Counted from the stretch's first letter, positions 1-9,742 are shown. The stretch: DNA of 64,000 bases from an uncultured Gammaproteobacteria bacterium (GCA_964525495.1 CAZGHS010000001.1:10863-74862); one strand, 5' to 3'. Numbers and translations are program-made. Notes: generated by a model not told the origin, from the letters alone.

Positions 1-1745
1 ACACCGAAGCACGCTGCTTCTCTCCCGCGGACAAAGTTGAAAACACACGCTCACCATTCACACTCTCTTTAGACAAGTTACCACCTGATGCACTTAGTAA
101 AGTATTAACCCATTCCAATCGGGATTTTCTATACGACCTTAATAGCTCTAATACTCTCGGATTAAAAATAACTTTTTCACCTTTAGTATGCTTTTCAAAT
201 TCAGCCATGAGCAAGCTGTCAGACATGTTGATACCAACCTCCCATTGCATTCGTTCATAATCATCATCACTCTCAAAGGCGACTTCTTGCAGTTCAAACT
301 CTCGTTTGAAAACATCAACCAGTTGGTCTGATGAATTAATTACATCGGGAGCAATATAAGTAATTCGCTCTGAAATTCGGGATGGATTATCGAGAGTATG
401 AATGTTTTTACCTTGACCATTCTCAACAATATACAAATCTCCCTCATGCTCAGAGAAGTGCATTAATCCTGCTAATAGACTAGATTTACCCAATCCAGAC
501 TGCGCTTTAAGTACAACAACCTCTCCACTTGATACCACAACGTTAACAGGTGGCAACTCAGTATGTTTCCCGTCTGGTAATACTGTCTTAAAATCTCTAA
601 CAATTAAACCGCTTTCAATAGGAGCTTCTTCTAAATCTACACTTCCAGCTTTATCTATATGCTCTTTCCATCTCTTTTCTGTCAAAATAAATTTATCAGA
701 GCTAATCAAGCCAATAAGTTTTTGCGTAAATTCAATACTCCTTCTACTATCTTCACGAGCGCGTTGTTGTGTTAACGCACCATTTAATCCCGTAAGACCA
801 TAACGTAATCCATTTAAGTTCGCAAAGAGATTACCAGCACTGTTGCCCAATAAAAGACCAATTGTAATTATCTCATCAGCTCTAGAGATAGTATTGTTTC
901 TATCAGTCATTCTAATATGCTCTCCTGCTACCCTTCGCAAATATCCAACAACCCCAGCACTCTGCCCCGCTCTATTTTGAGCTGCACGATTCTTATTACT
1001 TTCCTTATAAGTCATTTCACCAAAGGGAAAAGAAGCAAACCCTAACGCAGCAGTAAGAGCTGCTAATCCATAGTTCTCGTATCCTGCCATTGCAGCAGCA
1101 CATGCAACAGGTAATATTCCGTTTGACATACGAGATAAGTTAGGCTCGGCTAGTTCAGCAAGATAAACTCCATTAGGTAAACTTTGAATTGAACGAATTT
1201 CATCATCTGCAAATCCTGCTTGTTTCAATTGCGCATTAAAAACATTTTGATATGGCCTAATGAGTTGTAATTTATCAGTTAACAATAAACGCCATTCAGA
1301 ACCAACTTCATTCTGTGTATGATACTTAATAAGCTCGCTTCCAATTTTTACTGCAAAACCAGCAGCACCAACTGCTTTAGTTGGGCTTGCATCAGATACA
1401 CCCCAAGTAGCTGTCGCAATTCCACCAATTCTACTAAATGTAGCAGCAGCAAGGAGTAACCGCCTATTTGCAATCTTTCGAGCTAAATCAAAATCTCCAC
1501 CAACTTCAATACATGCTATTGCAGGCAATTGATATTCTGAGCATACTAAGTCATCAATGAAAAAAGCTGCCTTATCTGCAATTGTAGCCTCTACTCCTAA
1601 CACCGCTAACTTATCAGCTACACCATCATATCTTTCCCTTAGCTTAGTCATTGGATATTCTGCTTGAACATCACGCCGAAGAGTATAAGGGTCTACACCT
1701 TCAGTTCTGCAATATTTCATTAAATCTGAGCTTAATTCTGCATGC
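1..1745 (-). CDS. Partial CDS running off the window start: roughly 370-aa N-terminal domain of unknown function followed by an ABC-type ATPase domain
   Basis: Translating the reverse strand from the ATG at 1745 gives MHAELSSDLMKYC... The translation contains a Walker A P-loop (LKAQSGLGKSSLL) and, near coordinate 1, the ABC signature LSAGEKQRAS. No stop codon occurs before the window edge. It is absent from the ORF track, presumably because it is truncated. Confidence 0.55.
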
Positions 1746-2100
1746 ATACATTTATCACAAAAAGTAAAACTATAAAGCGAAATTATACTCTTTTATCCTA
1801 TAGTATTCAAGTGGTAAAGCACAGGGCAAACTATGTAACCAAAAATGGGAGAGACACATATAGCCCTAAAAATAACATGGGTTTCCCCCCGACCTCTTTT
1901 GTAGTCAAAAATTATATAATATATGGTTAAATTGAGGGATAAGAAGCTCTTTGAATATCAACAAGAAGCGGTCGCCAATTATGGATTGTTTCAACTAATT
2001 GATTTAATGTATGATTCGAAATAAGACTAAGGTAGTCCACAGCAAAAATCCTGCCACTTTTGTCATTGTTTTCTTCTATCCTTCCAATTATCATGAGGAT

Positions 2101-2352
2101 ATGACTTCGCCAGATCTACAACAAATAAGCGATATTGTGGAGAGAATTGTAAATCGAGCAATTGAACCTCTTATCAAAAATTCGGGGGAACACACTGCAA
2201 TTTTAAATCAACATACGGCAAAGCTTGACCATCTCACAACTATAACTGATGAACATAGCGAAACTCTTTTAAGAATTGAAGGCGATATTCAAGAAATGAA
2301 AGAAGAAACCAATAAACGCCTCGATAAAATCGAAAATCATATCTGGAAATAA
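2101..2352 (+). CDS. Small coiled-coil hypothetical protein. Track ORF begins at 2011; the start is more likely the internal Met at about 2101
   Basis: ORF 2011..2352. Heptad-like charged sequence (LDHLTTITDEHSETLLRIEGDIQEMKEETNKRLDKIENH). No recognisable domain. Confidence 0.3.
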   Translation: MTSPDLQQISDIVERIVNRAIEPLIKNSGEHTAILNQHTAKLDHLTTITDEHSETLLRIEGDIQEMKEETNKRLDKIENHIWK

Positions 2353-2372
2353 CCTGATGATATACTCTCCCA

Positions 2373-3434
2373 ATGTTTCAGGAAACCTCGCACAATCTAC
2401 ACTTACTTCCCAACCTACCCTACCAATGGATCAAAGATCATCCTGTACACCTTAAATCAGATAGAAGATATAGAGAACTTCTCCAAGCAAAACCCACCAA
2501 AAAATTATCCATCATCATCCCTTTTAGAAACGAGCTCCGCTCAGTTGAATCATTCCTCGTCGCATTAGATATGGCAAAAATACATTCTTATCCCATGCCT
2601 ACAACACTAATCTTTGTGCAAAATGGTTGCACAGATGGCACAGATAAAGTACTTACAAATTGGATACATGTTAAAAACAGTACCCGGCAAACACAAAATT
2701 TAGAAATTCTCCACCTCACAACACCGATAGAATCAAAAGCAAATGCATTAAACATCGCAAACGAAGTTGCCTTACAATCAAATAGCGATATTGCAATCAG
2801 TCTAGATATGGACAACTACTGCGATATCAACACAATTCCAGAGCTGTACTTAGCGCTTTCCCAGTCAGATGCCTCGCTTATCACTGGTACAACCATTACA
2901 CAGCCACGACGGATACCGAGAGGAAAATTAAAGGACATATGTATTCAGTACACATGCTTCAATCCCAAAAAAGATGAAGCGGTAGTAAACGGAATGGTCC
3001 AAGCATGGAAACCGCGGGATATAAAGGATATTGGTGGCTTCCCTCATGTTATTGGGGAAGACTACGCAACAGGATTATTACTTCGCAGTCAAGGAAAAAC
3101 TCATCGCAGATTGCCAGAAGCCAAAGTATGGGGATATAGGGCAAATACTTTCGAAGATAAATTCAAACAATTAGTGCGCGGGCAACGAAGTCTCATACAA
3201 CTTCGCGAGCTTTATCCCCACCTCAGAGATCAAATTCAAAACGATATGCCAGCAACTAATAATTTACTTAATCAGGTTACTGCACATTGGCACTGGGCGT
3301 CCAAAAACTACAAACGCATACCCTTTGCCCTTATTAACATGCCTATTATCTGGGCTGCTCAATATCAAGCAAAAAGACAACATCAAGAAGATCCTTACGT
3401 AAAAACCTGGACTCAAATCGAATCGACAAGATAG
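2373..3434 (+). CDS. Family 2 glycosyltransferase (GT-A fold)
   Basis: Characteristic GT2 N-terminus KKLSIIIPFRNE, a downstream DxD-like SLDMDNYCD, and a length of 353 aa. Confidence 0.6.
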   Translation: MFQETSHNLHLLPNLPYQWIKDHPVHLKSDRRYRELLQAKPTKKLSIIIPFRNELRSVESFLVALDMAKIHSYPMPTTLIFVQNGCTDGTDKVLTNWIHVKNSTRQTQNLEILHLTTPIESKANALNIANEVALQSNSDIAISLDMDNYCDINTIPELYLALSQSDASLITGTTITQPRRIPRGKLKDICIQYTCFNPKKDEAVVNGMVQAWKPRDIKDIGGFPHVIGEDYATGLLLRSQGKTHRRLPEAKVWGYRANTFEDKFKQLVRGQRSLIQLRELYPHLRDQIQNDMPATNNLLNQVTAHWHWASKNYKRIPFALINMPIIWAAQYQAKRQHQEDPYVKTWTQIESTR

Positions 3435-3555
3435 AAATAAAAAAAGCGCCACTTTGCAATGAGATTAATCATCACATCATGGCGCACGATCATGCAAACA
3501 CACTCGAATAGACATTCTCGACGAATATCATTCAAACGCATTCACACCATACAGG

Positions 3556-3810
3556 CTAGTTATCGTATCCACAGTCAGGACAATAAACGTGGGTGTCTCC
3601 TCCTCTATCGTTATACCTTCGAGAATTCGGATGCTTACACCGCCGCTGCAATTGCTTGATCCGAATCCCGATCACTTCTATCTCCTCCTTCAGCGGAGCC
3701 ATTCGTTCTCTGACAGCGTCAGCTTGTTTCTTTAATTCCTTTACCTTATCTGAAATCTCATTCTGACTCACAGATGCCTCCTTCTTAATCCTGATATCCA
3801 CAGTCGTCAC
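3556..3810 (-). CDS. Coiled-coil plus C-terminal zinc-ribbon miniprotein (paralog A)
   Basis: C-terminus RRCKHPNSRRY...CPDCGYDN. The N-terminal region is charged and helical. Confidence 0.45.
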   Translation of the reverse strand: MTTVDIRIKKEASVSQNEISDKVKELKKQADAVRERMAPLKEEIEVIGIRIKQLQRRCKHPNSRRYNDRGGDTHVYCPDCGYDN

Positions 3811-3997
3811 AGATATTCCCTACTTCACCCATCGCTGAGTACTTCCGCATATTTGGGTGAGAGCATCGTCGGATAAGTACGTTCCAATGTGCGTGCTGAA
3901 TCGCTATTTCACCTTCAAGCGCACGAATCCTCCCCCGGATCTGTTCCTTTTCCTTACGAATCGCAATCTGTGAATTGGGTTTGCGAGACATAGTCAT
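3785..3997 (-). CDS. Coiled-coil plus C-terminal zinc-ribbon miniprotein (paralog B), tandem to and overlapping paralog A
   Basis: C-terminus RRCSHPNMRKY...CDDCGYQD shares the motif C-x-HPN-x-R-x-Y...C-x-DCGY with the downstream paralog. Confidence 0.45.
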   Translation of the reverse strand: MTMSRKPNSQIAIRKEKEQIRGRIRALEGEIAIQHAHWNVLIRRCSHPNMRKYSAMGEVGNICDDCGYQD

Positions 3998-4197
3998 GTC
4001 CTTTCTGCCTGTATTTGAAAAGAGCGAAAATAGGAATCAGAATCAACTTCTGGGCCTATTTGTAGCCAATTCTTAGTTTACGTAATATTTACATTAACTA
4101 TCCACATGTTACAACAACAAACTTAAATGTCAATAACGTATTTTATACGTTTACTATTTAACAAAAGCGGAGTATACTAGTCAAAAAGGAGCAAGTT

Positions 4198-4815
4198 ATG
4201 TCTAACTCAATCTACCTCAACAGCCGTGTAGCGATCGACGTCGTTATATTCACTATTCTCGAAGAAAAGCCTCAGGTCCTCCTCCTCAAGCGTCACAAAG
4301 AACCGTTTCAAGGCAAGCTTGAGCTCCCTGGTGGATTGCTTATAGAAAATGAAACCGCTGAACAAACTCTCCAGCGTAAGCTTGGTGAAATTACCAACAC
4401 AAATAACACTCACTTTAACCAATTCCATACGTTTACGAACCCAGTTCGAGATCCTCGAGGTCGCACAATTTCTATTGGATTTCTTGCACTCGTAAATTCA
4501 GAAAAAATGAGCTCGGACTGTGACTGGCATGATGTTAATAATCTTCCCGAATTAGCATTTGATCATGCCGAAATTATTCAATCAGCCTCAAAATATTTAA
4601 AAGAGAATCTAAATCTTCAATTCCTTAAGAGCTATATGCCTATTTACTTCCCACTCAACTCACTTCAAACAGTTTATGAAGTAATACACAATGAAAAATA
4701 TGACAATCGCAACTTCCGAAAGCAGCAGCTAGCGTCCGAAAACATAGTCGAAACAGATAAGCTCGAAAAAGACGTAAAACACCGCCCAGCCAAATTATAT
4801 CGATTTAAAGAATAA
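4198..4815 (+). CDS. NUDIX hydrolase domain protein with a C-terminal extension (NrtR-like architecture possible)
   Basis: Nudix box GGLLIENETAEQTLQRKLGEITN (G-x5-E-x7-REuxEExGu pattern). 205 aa with about 70 aa beyond the Nudix fold. Confidence 0.6.
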   Translation: MSNSIYLNSRVAIDVVIFTILEEKPQVLLLKRHKEPFQGKLELPGGLLIENETAEQTLQRKLGEITNTNNTHFNQFHTFTNPVRDPRGRTISIGFLALVNSEKMSSDCDWHDVNNLPELAFDHAEIIQSASKYLKENLNLQFLKSYMPIYFPLNSLQTVYEVIHNEKYDNRNFRKQQLASENIVETDKLEKDVKHRPAKLYRFKE

Positions 4816-4859
4816 TAACCTATAGTATTTACAAATACCTTAGTCCATGATATAATCAC

Positions 4860-5460
4860 TAGTACCTTTTAAGTAAATTTTGAGGCTAATACACTCAATT
4901 CCTTTCCTTAAAAGTTTGAGCGTTACGCTCAAATCTGTCCCTTAACAGTAAAGATAGAGAATATCTCTTACCTCAAAATCTACAATCTCCTTACAGATTG
5001 GCTATACCCCGCCTGCACTCAATTACTTGAGTCTATACGGGGAATAGTCAATTTTATGCTGCAAATGCAGCAGGGAGAACTCAGTGTCTACGAGAATTGT
5101 GACAACTACACCATCTTCTGGAGTAGTTATCCAAGATTCCCATGGGCGGTTTCTAAACGGACGAGACAGATGGCAACCAAAACAATCCGCCGAATTCGCG
5201 TTTGTCCATCCCGAAGGAAAGCTCAGTCAGAGTGAACCTTGGGTCACAAACGCAGCCTGGATTTTCCCAGCACGCCATGTTCCCCACCAAGGAACACTCA
5301 TTACAGGAAGCCGAAAAGCATTTGGAACATAGTAGAGTCCGAGGGTAAGAGAAACAGACAGCACTTTTTGTGCGTTCAGGCGACCGTTGTTTACAACGTC
5401 CTCGCGTGCACCGCCTGAAGTCTGTCTCTTACCCTCTATCTTTACTGTCTTTTCTAAAAA
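4860..5460 (+). ncRNA. Candidate large structured RNA of unknown class; strand assignment tentative
   Basis: A roughly 700 nt gap between CDSs with clearly higher GC than its surroundings. 4945-4959 (acagtaaagatagag) is perfectly complementary to 5434-5448 (ctctatctttactgt). A 16-bp extended hairpin pairs 5341-5358 with 5421-5436 and has nested inner hairpins (ttcaggcg/cgcctgaa; cgttgt/acaacg). Further local hairpins: actcaa/ttgagt near 5011-5030, gttcc/ggaac near 5279-5295, ttgagcg/cgctcaa at 4915-4933. A -10-like gatataat sits near 4847 and a U-run follows the closing helix. The track ORFs inside this region look spurious. Confidence 0.45.
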
Positions 5461-5524
5461 TCTCACCACTATTGCATTTCTCACTCTTTAGCGACATAAT
5501 AGCTTCTGTATACAGGAGGTTCCT

Positions 5525-6268
5525 ATGCAAATTCGCATACGTACAATATTATTCGCAATTATTCCATTACTCGCACTCACTCTCACCATTTCCTCAGCAT
5601 CAGCTGAAGAATCAACACTTCGCACCAACACATCAAACAGAACAGCAAAACCAACCTTAGAAGATTTTCCAGAACGAAATATGGAAAAAATGCGCACTCA
5701 AGAATTGCGTATAGCCAGCAAAGCTAGCGATATCAAAGCTCGACAGGAAAAAATAGCAACGCGCACTGGAGACATGAAAGAAAAGCGAGAAGAACTCGCA
5801 TCCAGAGCGGCACAAATGCGCGAAGATCGTTGCAAAATGCTCAACGAACGAAACACTCTTCTCCTCACTCGATACGAAAATAACAAGGTTCGACACATTG
5901 CTGAATACCAAAACGTTAAGAAAAAAGTTGAAGAACTAGTTGCTCGACTCAAGACAGATGGCAAAGATACAACCAAACTCGAAGCAGATCTTCGCCAACT
6001 CGATGTGCTTATCAAAAAAGCTAGTGATGACTACACTGCATTCATAACAGCGCTCAAAGATACCAAAAACTATACCTGCGGCAAATCTGAAGGCGCTTAT
6101 GCAGATGCCCTCAAAAAAGCTATGGATAAACTAATGCTCGCACGCCAAAGCTTACTGGCTGTCCGCACATATTACCAAACAACTATCCGACCAGACATAC
6201 TAGCAATCAAAGGAACACGTCCAGCTAGCTCAGCATCACCTATTGGAGATACAACTAATACTCAATAA
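5525..6268 (+). CDS. Secreted coiled-coil protein with a signal peptide
   Basis: N-terminal hydrophobic signal MQIRIRTILFAIIPLLALTLTISSASA followed by long charged helical sequence. A Shine-Dalgarno ggagg lies 8 nt upstream. Confidence 0.5.
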   Translation: MQIRIRTILFAIIPLLALTLTISSASAEESTLRTNTSNRTAKPTLEDFPERNMEKMRTQELRIASKASDIKARQEKIATRTGDMKEKREELASRAAQMREDRCKMLNERNTLLLTRYENNKVRHIAEYQNVKKKVEELVARLKTDGKDTTKLEADLRQLDVLIKKASDDYTAFITALKDTKNYTCGKSEGAYADALKKAMDKLMLARQSLLAVRTYYQTTIRPDILAIKGTRPASSASPIGDTTNTQ

Positions 6269-6285
6269 AACCTGGAGGACTATTT

Positions 6286-6555
6286 ATGAAAAAAATCGCA
6301 ATTATTATTTCAGCATTTGTACTGACCCTAACCTTAGCAGGTTGCACTCCTAAAACTCCCGCAGCAACTAACGAAACCAATGTAGATGTTGATCAAAGCT
6401 CAGACACTACGATCAACGCAACAGGCTCAGCTTCTGCATCATCGATGCCATCGTTCGCACCTACAACAGATCAAGATGTTAAATCCATGGACACTATGAT
6501 GGACAAAGTAAACATGAATGACTATTCAGATAAGTCACTCGAAGATTTAAAATAA
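6286..6555 (+). CDS. Small lipoprotein
   Basis: Signal peptide ending in a lipobox-like LAGC followed by Thr/Ser/Asp-rich sequence. SD ggagg upstream. Confidence 0.5.
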   Translation: MKKIAIIISAFVLTLTLAGCTPKTPAATNETNVDVDQSSDTTINATGSASASSMPSFAPTTDQDVKSMDTMMDKVNMNDYSDKSLEDLK

Positions 6556-6565
6556 CTTAGTTGAA

Positions 6566-6598
6566 AATAAACTAAAAGCCGCCTATTTCTCAGCGGCT
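6566..6598. terminator. Bidirectional intrinsic terminator between convergent genes
   Basis: aaaagccgc-ctatttctca-gcggcttttttt: a GC stem flanked by an A-run on one side and a T-run on the other. Confidence 0.6.
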
Positions 6599-7770
6599 TT
6601 TTTTGTACCAAACACATATGCTGCAAGCAACGTAGCTATAGGCACAGCCAAAATCAATGCAGAGCTTCCCACAACAGTGCGAATTATCTCCTCAACCAAC
6701 TGTTCGCTATTTAATGTGATCCACAAAGGTTGTTGATCCTTGTTCGCCGTAAACAACAAGAACAATGGCAACGAGCTACCTGCATACGCCAGGAAAAGCG
6801 TATTTACCAACGAAGCTATATGCTCGTGCCCTATCGAGATTCCCCGCTTATACAGCTCAGCAATACTCAACGCAGGATTAGCTTTATGAATCTCCTCCAC
6901 CGACGCAGTCTGGGCAGTAGTAATGTCATCAAGCACACCCAAAGTTCCGATCAAAATTCCACCAAGCAATAATCCTTGCAAGTTCATCCGTCCCAGCGGT
7001 CCCAACTGCAAGAAAAATGCTTCTTCTGTCCCCAACCCGGTTAACTTTGTCGCCGTAACAGCCACATAGGCCAAAATGGTCGACAAACCTAAAGTAATCA
7101 GTGTACTGATCAGCGCCAACGTCGTCCGTTTATTAAACCCATGAGCCAGATACAACGACACAAACGCAATCGCTAGTAATCCGATCAATGTGATCACAAA
7201 GGGATTCTTGCCATCTAGTATCTGGGGAATCATGAACTGCGCAATTACCAGAACGCTTACACTCAATCCAAGCAAAGACATTATTCCTTTTTTACGTCCA
7301 AACAAAAGGATCAAAAACACAAACCCCAAAGTTAAATACAAAAGCGGATGCAGACGATACCGATCAATGATCACATACGAACTCTCACCGGCTAGTGTAG
7401 TCTTAGTCAAAACAATTCGCTCGCCCTTAGAAACCTTTACACTCGTCGTAACAGCTTGGATATGTCCTTGATCAACAGTTACCGTCTTGCCTTTATCTGC
7501 CCCATCCAGGAGCCGCACAGCCAGCACCTGATACTCTCGTACGTACCCACCAATATCTTCAGTACCTTCCTTAGTTATCCCTACAACCAGTCCAGTATAA
7601 AATTCATCCTTAGGAAACTGGTACAACACTTCACTAGATTCAGAAGCCATCATAGGTTCTAAATCAACCGGTGTTGAGTCTTGCGCAGACACACTCCCCG
7701 TAAATACAATAAGTGAAAGACAAAACGCCACGCTCCACGCACAAACTGTACGAATCAAAGAAATAATCAT
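6583..7770 (-). CDS. Polytopic membrane protein with an N-terminal extracytoplasmic domain (YibE/F-like topology)
   Basis: Signal/TM at the N-terminus, a roughly 130-aa soluble domain, then six or more hydrophobic helices. The family assignment is tentative. Confidence 0.4.
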   Translation of the reverse strand: MIISLIRTVCAWSVAFCLSLIVFTGSVSAQDSTPVDLEPMMASESSEVLYQFPKDEFYTGLVVGITKEGTEDIGGYVREYQVLAVRLLDGADKGKTVTVDQGHIQAVTTSVKVSKGERIVLTKTTLAGESSYVIIDRYRLHPLLYLTLGFVFLILLFGRKKGIMSLLGLSVSVLVIAQFMIPQILDGKNPFVITLIGLLAIAFVSLYLAHGFNKRTTLALISTLITLGLSTILAYVAVTATKLTGLGTEEAFFLQLGPLGRMNLQGLLLGGILIGTLGVLDDITTAQTASVEEIHKANPALSIAELYKRGISIGHEHIASLVNTLFLAYAGSSLPLFLLFTANKDQQPLWITLNSEQLVEEIIRTVVGSSALILAVPIATLLAAYVFGTKKAAEK

Positions 7771-7787
7771 ACACTAAGTATATCAAT

Positions 7788-8285
7788 ATGACAGCAAATA
7801 CTCATCACTCAAAGGGATTCACACTCATCGAAATACTAATTACAATCTCAGTTTTCGCGATCATAGCTGGAGCAGTCCTCTTGGCCATTAATCCTGCCAA
7901 ACTCATCCGTGAATCACGTTTAAATATCACAAAAGCCAACCTCAACCAGATTATTAAAGCCGCTCAAACCTACATGGCCGAAACGGGCAGACTACCACCA
8001 GATGCTAACAGAAACATTCCGGCAGAGTTCATGCCTCAACTTGGTGCAGGGCCATGGCCAAACGGTCCATTTCCTGGTTCTATTTACGACTGGGACAATT
8101 GGGAAAACAACACTTGCTGGGACGGTTCAACTGGAATAATTCAAATAACCTTGCGTGAAGTAGACCACTATAACAGTCAAGAAAACTATAATCTCTATAT
8201 GACAATGCGGGGTGAAGGAATTCCTCACTGCGATAATTCAGCAGAACGAGGTGAGTGCTTAAACTGTGTAAGTAGATATCCTTAA
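7788..8285 (+). CDS. Type IV pilin-like (prepilin) protein
   Basis: Class III signal KGFTLIEILITISVFAIIAGAVL, which is the prepilin peptidase cleavage/methylation motif (G|FTLIE). Confidence 0.65.
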   Translation: MTANTHHSKGFTLIEILITISVFAIIAGAVLLAINPAKLIRESRLNITKANLNQIIKAAQTYMAETGRLPPDANRNIPAEFMPQLGAGPWPNGPFPGSIYDWDNWENNTCWDGSTGIIQITLREVDHYNSQENYNLYMTMRGEGIPHCDNSAERGECLNCVSRYP

Positions 8286-8288
8286 AAA

Positions 8289-8711
8289 TTACTGGCAATC
8301 ATGACAAAGTCCGTAGAACTCGAGCATATGCTCTTTGACCTGAAATTTATTATTCCGCTTAATCTGTGACTCGATATCACTCAAATTCTCTTCCAGCACA
8401 ACATCCTCGATCTTCTGACAACTCTGACACACGAGATGATGATGATGCTCAAGATGAGCTAGTTCATACCGCTTCTTCTCCTCACCCAGATCAATCTCAG
8501 CAACAATCCCTTGTTCCATCAAAAAATATAGTTCACGATAAACGGTAGTCTTATTTGGCTCCAAATCCTTTTTTCGAAACGACTCCAGTATCTCCTGTAC
8601 AGCCAAAGGCTGACTGGACGCAAAAAAAACTTCGAGCAGGCCCACCCGATATCTAGTCGACTTAACACCCTGTTCCTTCAGATAATTCATCGCTTCTAAA
8701 GCTGTTTTCAT
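8289..8711 (-). CDS. Fur family metal-responsive transcriptional regulator
   Basis: 140 aa with a winged-helix N-terminus, an HHHH...C-x2-C motif (EHHHHLVCQSCQ) and a C-terminal CHDCQ. Confidence 0.7.
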   Translation of the reverse strand: MKTALEAMNYLKEQGVKSTRYRVGLLEVFFASSQPLAVQEILESFRKKDLEPNKTTVYRELYFLMEQGIVAEIDLGEEKKRYELAHLEHHHHLVCQSCQKIEDVVLEENLSDIESQIKRNNKFQVKEHMLEFYGLCHDCQ

Positions 8712-8762
8712 ACTCTCATTTTAACATAATCGGCATAGCAGATAGCCAATTGGAGGTCAGGA

Positions 8763-9482
8763 ATGTATGCTAATAATATGATTGCTCGGTTAAATCCATT
8801 AATCGCACTACTCTTTCTACTACCAGCTTTAGTGCTAGGAAACGCCGCATTCGGAGCGTATCAAGAAGCAAGCCAAAAAGTAATACAGGACCAAGGGTCA
8901 TCTTACCGCATTTTTAACGGAGTTACGTTCAAGACGTTTGACAAAAAAATACTCGAAGAGCCTGCGTCGGCTAATCCTAATTCATTCCTAATCCCATTTC
9001 ATCAAACTATAAGAAATGACTACGAGAGCAGCCTAGAATTAGGAAAATACTACCAAGGCACTCAGACCAATCTCACAATTTTTTACGGTGTTCTCGCCCT
9101 AATAGCAATCTTACCCGCTATTGCTACATATGTACTTAATATAGTTAAACTAGAAGGGAATATACTTACTATCAAAACTTTTTTGCCAAGTAGGTACAGG
9201 TCATCGATACAGTCTTCACCAAACCTGTCACTAGATATTTTTTCAATCAGCGAGATAAAGGTTATTCGTACAACACCATTCACAGATCCCATCAGTAGTA
9301 TTGAAAAAACAAACTGGAGAGATCTTCTGGAACTCAGTACGAACATGCACCAAAAAGCGTATATTAACCTCTTTTTAATTCCCGGAGCTAAACATATTAT
9401 TCACACTATCCTTACCAAACGTTCAGAAATCCCACTAACATTCTCTAAGAACTCCTTGAGAGATAACCTAAAAAACATATAA
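8763..9482 (+). CDS. Hypothetical membrane/secreted protein
   Basis: N-terminal signal/TM region and an internal hydrophobic helix. No recognisable motif. Confidence 0.4.
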   Translation: MYANNMIARLNPLIALLFLLPALVLGNAAFGAYQEASQKVIQDQGSSYRIFNGVTFKTFDKKILEEPASANPNSFLIPFHQTIRNDYESSLELGKYYQGTQTNLTIFYGVLALIAILPAIATYVLNIVKLEGNILTIKTFLPSRYRSSIQSSPNLSLDIFSISEIKVIRTTPFTDPISSIEKTNWRDLLELSTNMHQKAYINLFLIPGAKHIIHTILTKRSEIPLTFSKNSLRDNLKNI

Positions 9483-9701
9483 AAACAAAATCGGCACCGA
9501 AGAATAGTTGTATGAATCACTTCAAGACCTTAGCGTCATTACTATAGGCATGATACCACAAGAATCTCAACACAATCTTAGACTGGAAATATAGCCTATA
9601 ATATGATATAATATGCCGAATAATTTGTACTTAAGTATGAACTATTTACGCTTACGAATTATGCACCTTAAAACCATGCAAAAAGCAAAATTATACCTAG
9701 A

Positions 9702-9742
9702 GGGTAGCATTTAGGGCATTTTTAATGCCTTAGATGTTACCC
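9702..9742 (+). repeat. Perfect 19-bp RNA-type hairpin with three G.U pairs
   Basis: gggtagcatttagggcatt-ttt-aatgccttagatgttaccc. Every position pairs, three of them as G.U wobbles that are only valid on the + strand transcript. Confidence 0.5.

Noticed and set aside
3459-3659. Track ORF 3459..3659 (+)
   Set aside because: It overlaps the zinc-ribbon miniprotein gene on the other strand and is His/Arg-rich with low complexity.
4860-5460. Calling the structured RNA RNase P RNA or tmRNA outright
   Set aside because: GGAAAG and GGUAAGAG-like segments are present, but the P4-type elements are in the wrong order relative to the closing helix. No tRNA-like T-arm or acceptor plus tag reading frame could be found for tmRNA. 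The class is left unassigned pending covariance-model search.
5084-5697. Track ORFs 5084..5332, 5227..5484, 5370..5660 and 5488..5697 as protein-coding genes
   Set aside because: They lie inside the GC-rich structured region and overlap each other on both strands. Their amino acid composition is odd (Trp/Arg/Pro rich) and they lack SD/start context. They are better explained as chance ORFs in an RNA gene.
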